From Thelocarpon superellum (lineage: Eukaryota): DNA of 64,000 nt. Made by a program: the position numbers and the translations under genes. This document shows positions 60,178-64,000 of this stretch, one piece after another. Each line of letters begins with the position of its first letter. Positions within the stretch are counted from its first letter, which is position 1. The notes beneath the pieces are model-generated. The model was not told the origin of the DNA and did not search any database. It worked only from the letters and a program-made list of their open reading frames with translations. The stretch is from contig JAPEUG010000002.1 of assembly GCA_026025795.1 (NCBI GenBank), positions 1-64,000 on the forward strand. Direction: 5' to 3'.

Positions 60178-60748
60178 TGGAGCCGATGAGCAGAGCTAGA
60201 TGGTTCAAGTGCTATGTGAGGCATGTAGATACAGATCTTGGCTGGATTTGGATGTGGCGTTGGTGTAGCGCGTTGGACGTGGAACGCGGTAGACTGCTGT
60301 GCACTGCTCGCTCATTGTTCTTCACTTGTTATCCATCGTTGACTACATTGGGAATCTAGATACAAGGTAGACGACCATCTCAAGAGATTCATGACGATGG
60401 TGCGGATGATTTTGACGCTGCGCCCCTCCCATGATGTGATTGAGTGAATGATTGATGGATTGATTGATATAAACATGAGTCGCGTCGTCATCATCATTCG
60501 TGGTCTTTGGCAGAAAAAGAAAGGGTAGGTCCCCTGCGCCAGAAGTGACCTCAAACGCCCTCAAAGCAGTCGACGGTCAGCAAAAGCTGGTAGGCGCAGT
60601 GAAAGCCAGTAGAAAGCCAGCCAAAGTACCAACGTAAGGAAGGCATGACACAGAATGCGAAGCTATCGTCCCGCCGCCTCCACCGCCACCATCACCGCCA
60701 CCTCCATCTCGACCTCCCCCGTATCGTACACCCCGCCCACAGCCACAG

Positions 60749-61057
60749 TCACGCCCTCAACTCATCTCGGACGACGCCGCCTCGCTCCTCCACCTCCTGG
60801 ATCAGCCGTCTCCGTTCTTCGGCGCTCTTCCGCATAAAGTCCACGCTCTTCTTGAGGACCACGCTCTCGCTCCGTCCCTGCCCTTCTAGCCCCGGCACCA
60901 GCTCCGTCAGGCGATCGAAGCCTTCCCGAATCGCTTGCCGTCGCTTTTGCTCCGAGGCGATGTGGTTGTTCTTCTTCTCTTGTTCCGTTAGTCGAGGCTT
61001 TTCTGAACCTGCAAGCCCATCGCCTGAGGCTGAGGGTGGAGTGGTCGAGGACGACAT
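60749..61057 (-). CDS. Small bHLH transcription factor, Ino4-like
   Basis: RLTEQEKKNNHIASEQKRRQAIREGFDRLTELVPGLEGQGRSESVVLKKSVDFM. H-E-R basic region. 102 aa. Confidence 0.85.
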   Translation of the reverse strand: MSSSTTPPSASGDGLAGSEKPRLTEQEKKNNHIASEQKRRQAIREGFDRLTELVPGLEGQGRSESVVLKKSVDFMRKSAEERRRLIQEVEERGGVVRDELRA

Positions 61058-62306
61058 CGATGGCGCTGAGCCGATTTTTTGGCCGGTGGGTAGGGAATGA
61101 TAGACAGGCAGGCAAGCAGGTAGATGAGAGGTGCAGAGGCGAATGCGTGAAGCTAGTTGGATGGGTGATTGGGCGGCCGTGTTGTGCACTTGAATTATGG
61201 ATGGATGCTTGCACGTGCCGCAGAGAGAGGCAGAGAGGGTGAGCGAGCGGTCGTGACAGAAGGGAGGCGCGCCCGAGGGTGCGAGATGGCGGTGGAAGGT
61301 GGGTAGTTGGAAGGAAGAGCGTCGGTAGGATTCGTCGACGGAGCGGTTGGCCGTCGATCAGGGAGGTACGGGACGGAGGAGTAGGTGAAGCGCGCCTTGG
61401 GCGCGCCCGCTGAGAGTCAGGCGTCCAAAACGAAGAGATGGATGGGATGAGCGAGAGAAGAAAAGTACGGGCCTTCTGTTCTTCTGACTTACTCACACCA
61501 ACGTGCACGCGGAGTGAGAGAGCTCGAGATGCATGTCCCAGATGCGGGGTGGTGGTGGTATTGATGGCGCTGCTGCTGGGAAGCTGTACGAGTACCTGCT
61601 CACCACCAATAGGGATTATTTATTTGCGCCTGTTCAGGCAAGCAGACCAACAGCGGGCAGTCAACCAAAACCCCTCGCGAGCGCGCGAGCGCAACGATCG
61701 GGCCCTGTTCCTGTTCTCGTGTTGGATTTAGAACCGAGGCGGCTCGACCTATCGGAGCTGACCATTCATCGTCTGCCAAACTCTACCCGGAGGGGGCCCT
61801 CTCCGACATAACGACGTTCCTCTTCGCTCGTCTAGTAGATGATGGCGGGGGCAACTTGGAGCACTGACTGGACGAGTACCGCGGCCTTAGAGTTCGAGGC
61901 GAGGCTCTCGGGTGAGAGCCCCACCATGCCTTCCGTAGAGTTTGCTGCCTGGGCTCTCTCGCCCTCCTTCTTCGCTCTAGACTCCGTTGCAAGTGAGGAT
62001 CTCTTGCGTTCTACCGTCCTTCTATAGGTCGGCTAATTACGCCGCCCGTTGCGCCGCCGCCTGGGTGACATTCGCCTCGCACCTGTTCGCGGCGTCACTA
62101 GAGGAAGATCATGCAGCTCCATGACCATGGACTGGCGCCAGCCACGTTTCTCCTGCATGATTTGCTGGCATCGCTGCGGGGCACATCGACACATCACAAC
62201 TCGACTCAAGTGACCGGTCACGGGATGGATGCTTACATGTGCAGAAGGATGGTATTGCGTGGGAGCGAGTGAGATGCACGACCCGTGCCGATTGACGCTG
62301 ATGCTA

Positions 62307-63800
62307 CTAGTCATACTGATCGGACAGGGTACAGAAGAAGTGGTAAACCTGCTCCCGCGACAGCGACACGGCACCGCCATCGCCGACTGCTCTCGCACCC
62401 ACCATGGCATCAAGAAGAGGACGGATTGCACCTTGGTCGGCGTGTGCTCTAATGTCCATTTCCACCCGGGCGTTGTTCACGCTCGCTGCTCCGACAACCA
62501 TGATGAAGCTGTAGCCTTTCCGCTTGGCCTCGGACACTTTCTTGCTCAGCGATCGGTCGGAATCGTCGACATCCACAATGAACGAGGGCACGCTCATGGC
62601 CTGCGGCACCGACGCCGATACATAACCATCACGCGTTGGCGATAGACCTGACAAGAAGTCGGCGGTGGCATGCGCGTAATCTCGAACGACGTCTGGCTGA
62701 TTCGTCACTGTCACGATGATGGCCTGCCGCGGACTGAGCCAGAAGGGCCATCGTCCTTGATAATGTTCCATCAACAATGCCAGGAATCGCTCCAGCGATC
62801 CCAACACGGCTCGATGGATGATGACCGGCGTGGCCAGTCCGGCGTCGGATTGGAATTCCAAGCCAAATCGCTGCGGCAGCTGGAAGTCGAGCTGAACCGT
62901 CGCGGTCTGATGCTCCTTGCCGTTGTTGTCGGAGAGGATGACGTCAATCTTCGGCCCGTAGAAAGCTCCATCTCCGGGGTTTGACGTCCATTGGTGCCCA
63001 CTCTGGGCCAATGCCTGCGACAATGCCTCTTCGGCGCGGTCCCATTCCTCAACCGTTCCCACATAGTCTTGCTCGGGTCGAGTTGAGAGGACTAATTTGA
63101 AGGGCGGTAGCTTGAAGGTCCGGTAGACCATGCCAATCAGGTCCAGCGTCGATGCAATCTCCTGCGCGACTTGGTCGGGGCGGCAAAAGATGTGTCCATC
63201 GTCTTGATGAAACCTCCGCACCCGCGTCAAGCCACTCAGCGCGCCCGAGACTTCATCCCGATGCAAGGCACCGAACTCGGCGAACCGGACGGGGAGGCTC
63301 CGCCATCCTCGCGTTTGTGTCTTGTAGAGGAGGCAATGGCCAGGACAGTTCATCGGCTTCAGCCCGTAGGCTTCCTCGGCCTCCACGTCCGTGGGCTCGC
63401 TGGAACGACGGGCGGCGCGGCCCGTTACCGCAAACATCTCATTTCGGTAGTTCTCCCAGTGTCCCGAAGTCTCCCACAGCGCCTTCTTGTAGATGGTGGG
63501 CGTGAGCACCTCCTGGAATCCAAATCGACGGTACTGAACCCGGAGGAAGGCGACGAGCTTGTTGAAGAGGTGCGCGCCATCGGGCAGAAAGAGAGGAGAG
63601 CCAGGGCTGTGTTTGGAGTTGGTGAAGAGCTCCTGCTGCGTGCCGATATCGCGGTGGTCGGCTGGTGGAATTGGTGCATGAGCCGCTGTTGTCGTCTGGG
63701 CTGATCTCGCAGTCGGGAATGGTCGGGCGGAGGTACACGAACAGGCACGGACGAAGAGGCGTCGTCGACCATGTCTCGACCAGACCCTCAGCGGCCGCAT
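62307..63800 (-). CDS. MST1: Mitochondrial threonyl-tRNA synthetase
   Basis: Arg-rich presequence and no N-terminal TGS/editing domain. DHR, WETSGHW, LKPMNCPGHC, GLTRVRRFHQDDGHIFC, GAFYGPKID, IHRAVLGSLERF, GRWPFWLSPRQ. Confidence 0.93.
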   Translation of the reverse strand: MRPLRVWSRHGRRRLFVRACSCTSARPFPTARSAQTTTAAHAPIPPADHRDIGTQQELFTNSKHSPGSPLFLPDGAHLFNKLVAFLRVQYRRFGFQEVLTPTIYKKALWETSGHWENYRNEMFAVTGRAARRSSEPTDVEAEEAYGLKPMNCPGHCLLYKTQTRGWRSLPVRFAEFGALHRDEVSGALSGLTRVRRFHQDDGHIFCRPDQVAQEIASTLDLIGMVYRTFKLPPFKLVLSTRPEQDYVGTVEEWDRAEEALSQALAQSGHQWTSNPGDGAFYGPKIDVILSDNNGKEHQTATVQLDFQLPQRFGLEFQSDAGLATPVIIHRAVLGSLERFLALLMEHYQGRWPFWLSPRQAIIVTVTNQPDVVRDYAHATADFLSGLSPTRDGYVSASVPQAMSVPSFIVDVDDSDRSLSKKVSEAKRKGYSFIMVVGAASVNNARVEMDIRAHADQGAIRPLLDAMVGARAVGDGGAVSLSREQVYHFFCTLSDQYD

Positions 63801-64000
63801 CGAGCACCTGGACCGTTCGGATCTGATGCGGCGAAGGAGGGGCTTCCGGAGCTCCCCTGAGTAACTCCTCCAGATTTATCGAGGGCCAGACATGGGCACA
63901 GAGCCCTCCTCGAAATCCGTGAGGCGCTCTCGATAGCTTGGTCACGGCGACGAGTGCACGTACGGAATTTCCGTCGAGCACAGTCGACGGATCTAACGTG

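Noticed and set aside
61533..62036. Short ORFs between the bHLH gene and MST1
   Set aside because: No motifs or convincing exon structure; probably promoter or 3' UTR sequence.

Overview
This is a GC-rich, gene-dense chromosomal segment from a filamentous ascomycete (Pezizomycotina). The evidence is short (about 48-165 nt) spliceosomal introns with CTRAY branch points and recognisable fungal housekeeping genes. I reconstructed 22 protein-coding genes by hand-splicing. Named or family-level calls: MDM12, GWT1, a secreted GH31 alpha-glucosidase, a Kin4-like kinase, BAP31/YET, DUS3, an AA7/BBE-type FAD oxidase, SFP1, an acetoacetate-decarboxylase-like protein, ROK1, ATP20, a 2-hydroxyacid dehydrogenase, an SSH4-like SPRY protein, a GT1 glycosyltransferase, an HSL-family esterase, a Maf pyrophosphatase, an INO4-like bHLH and mitochondrial ThrRS. 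Four genes are uncharacterised, including a 50-aa Cys/His microprotein. I found no tRNA, rRNA, CRISPR array or intact transposon. Best leads: (1) a glycosyltransferase fused to a VPS13/ATG2-C-like segment and a UIM array, with PY-motif genes nearby; (2) a long AUG-less in-frame N-terminal extension of SFP1; (3) a GH31 intron whose 5' splice site can be sequestered by a U1-like antisense copy; (4) a secreted precursor with Kex2/Ste13-type processing sites; (5) the standalone Cys microprotein. Family calls come from motif recognition only. No database searches were run.
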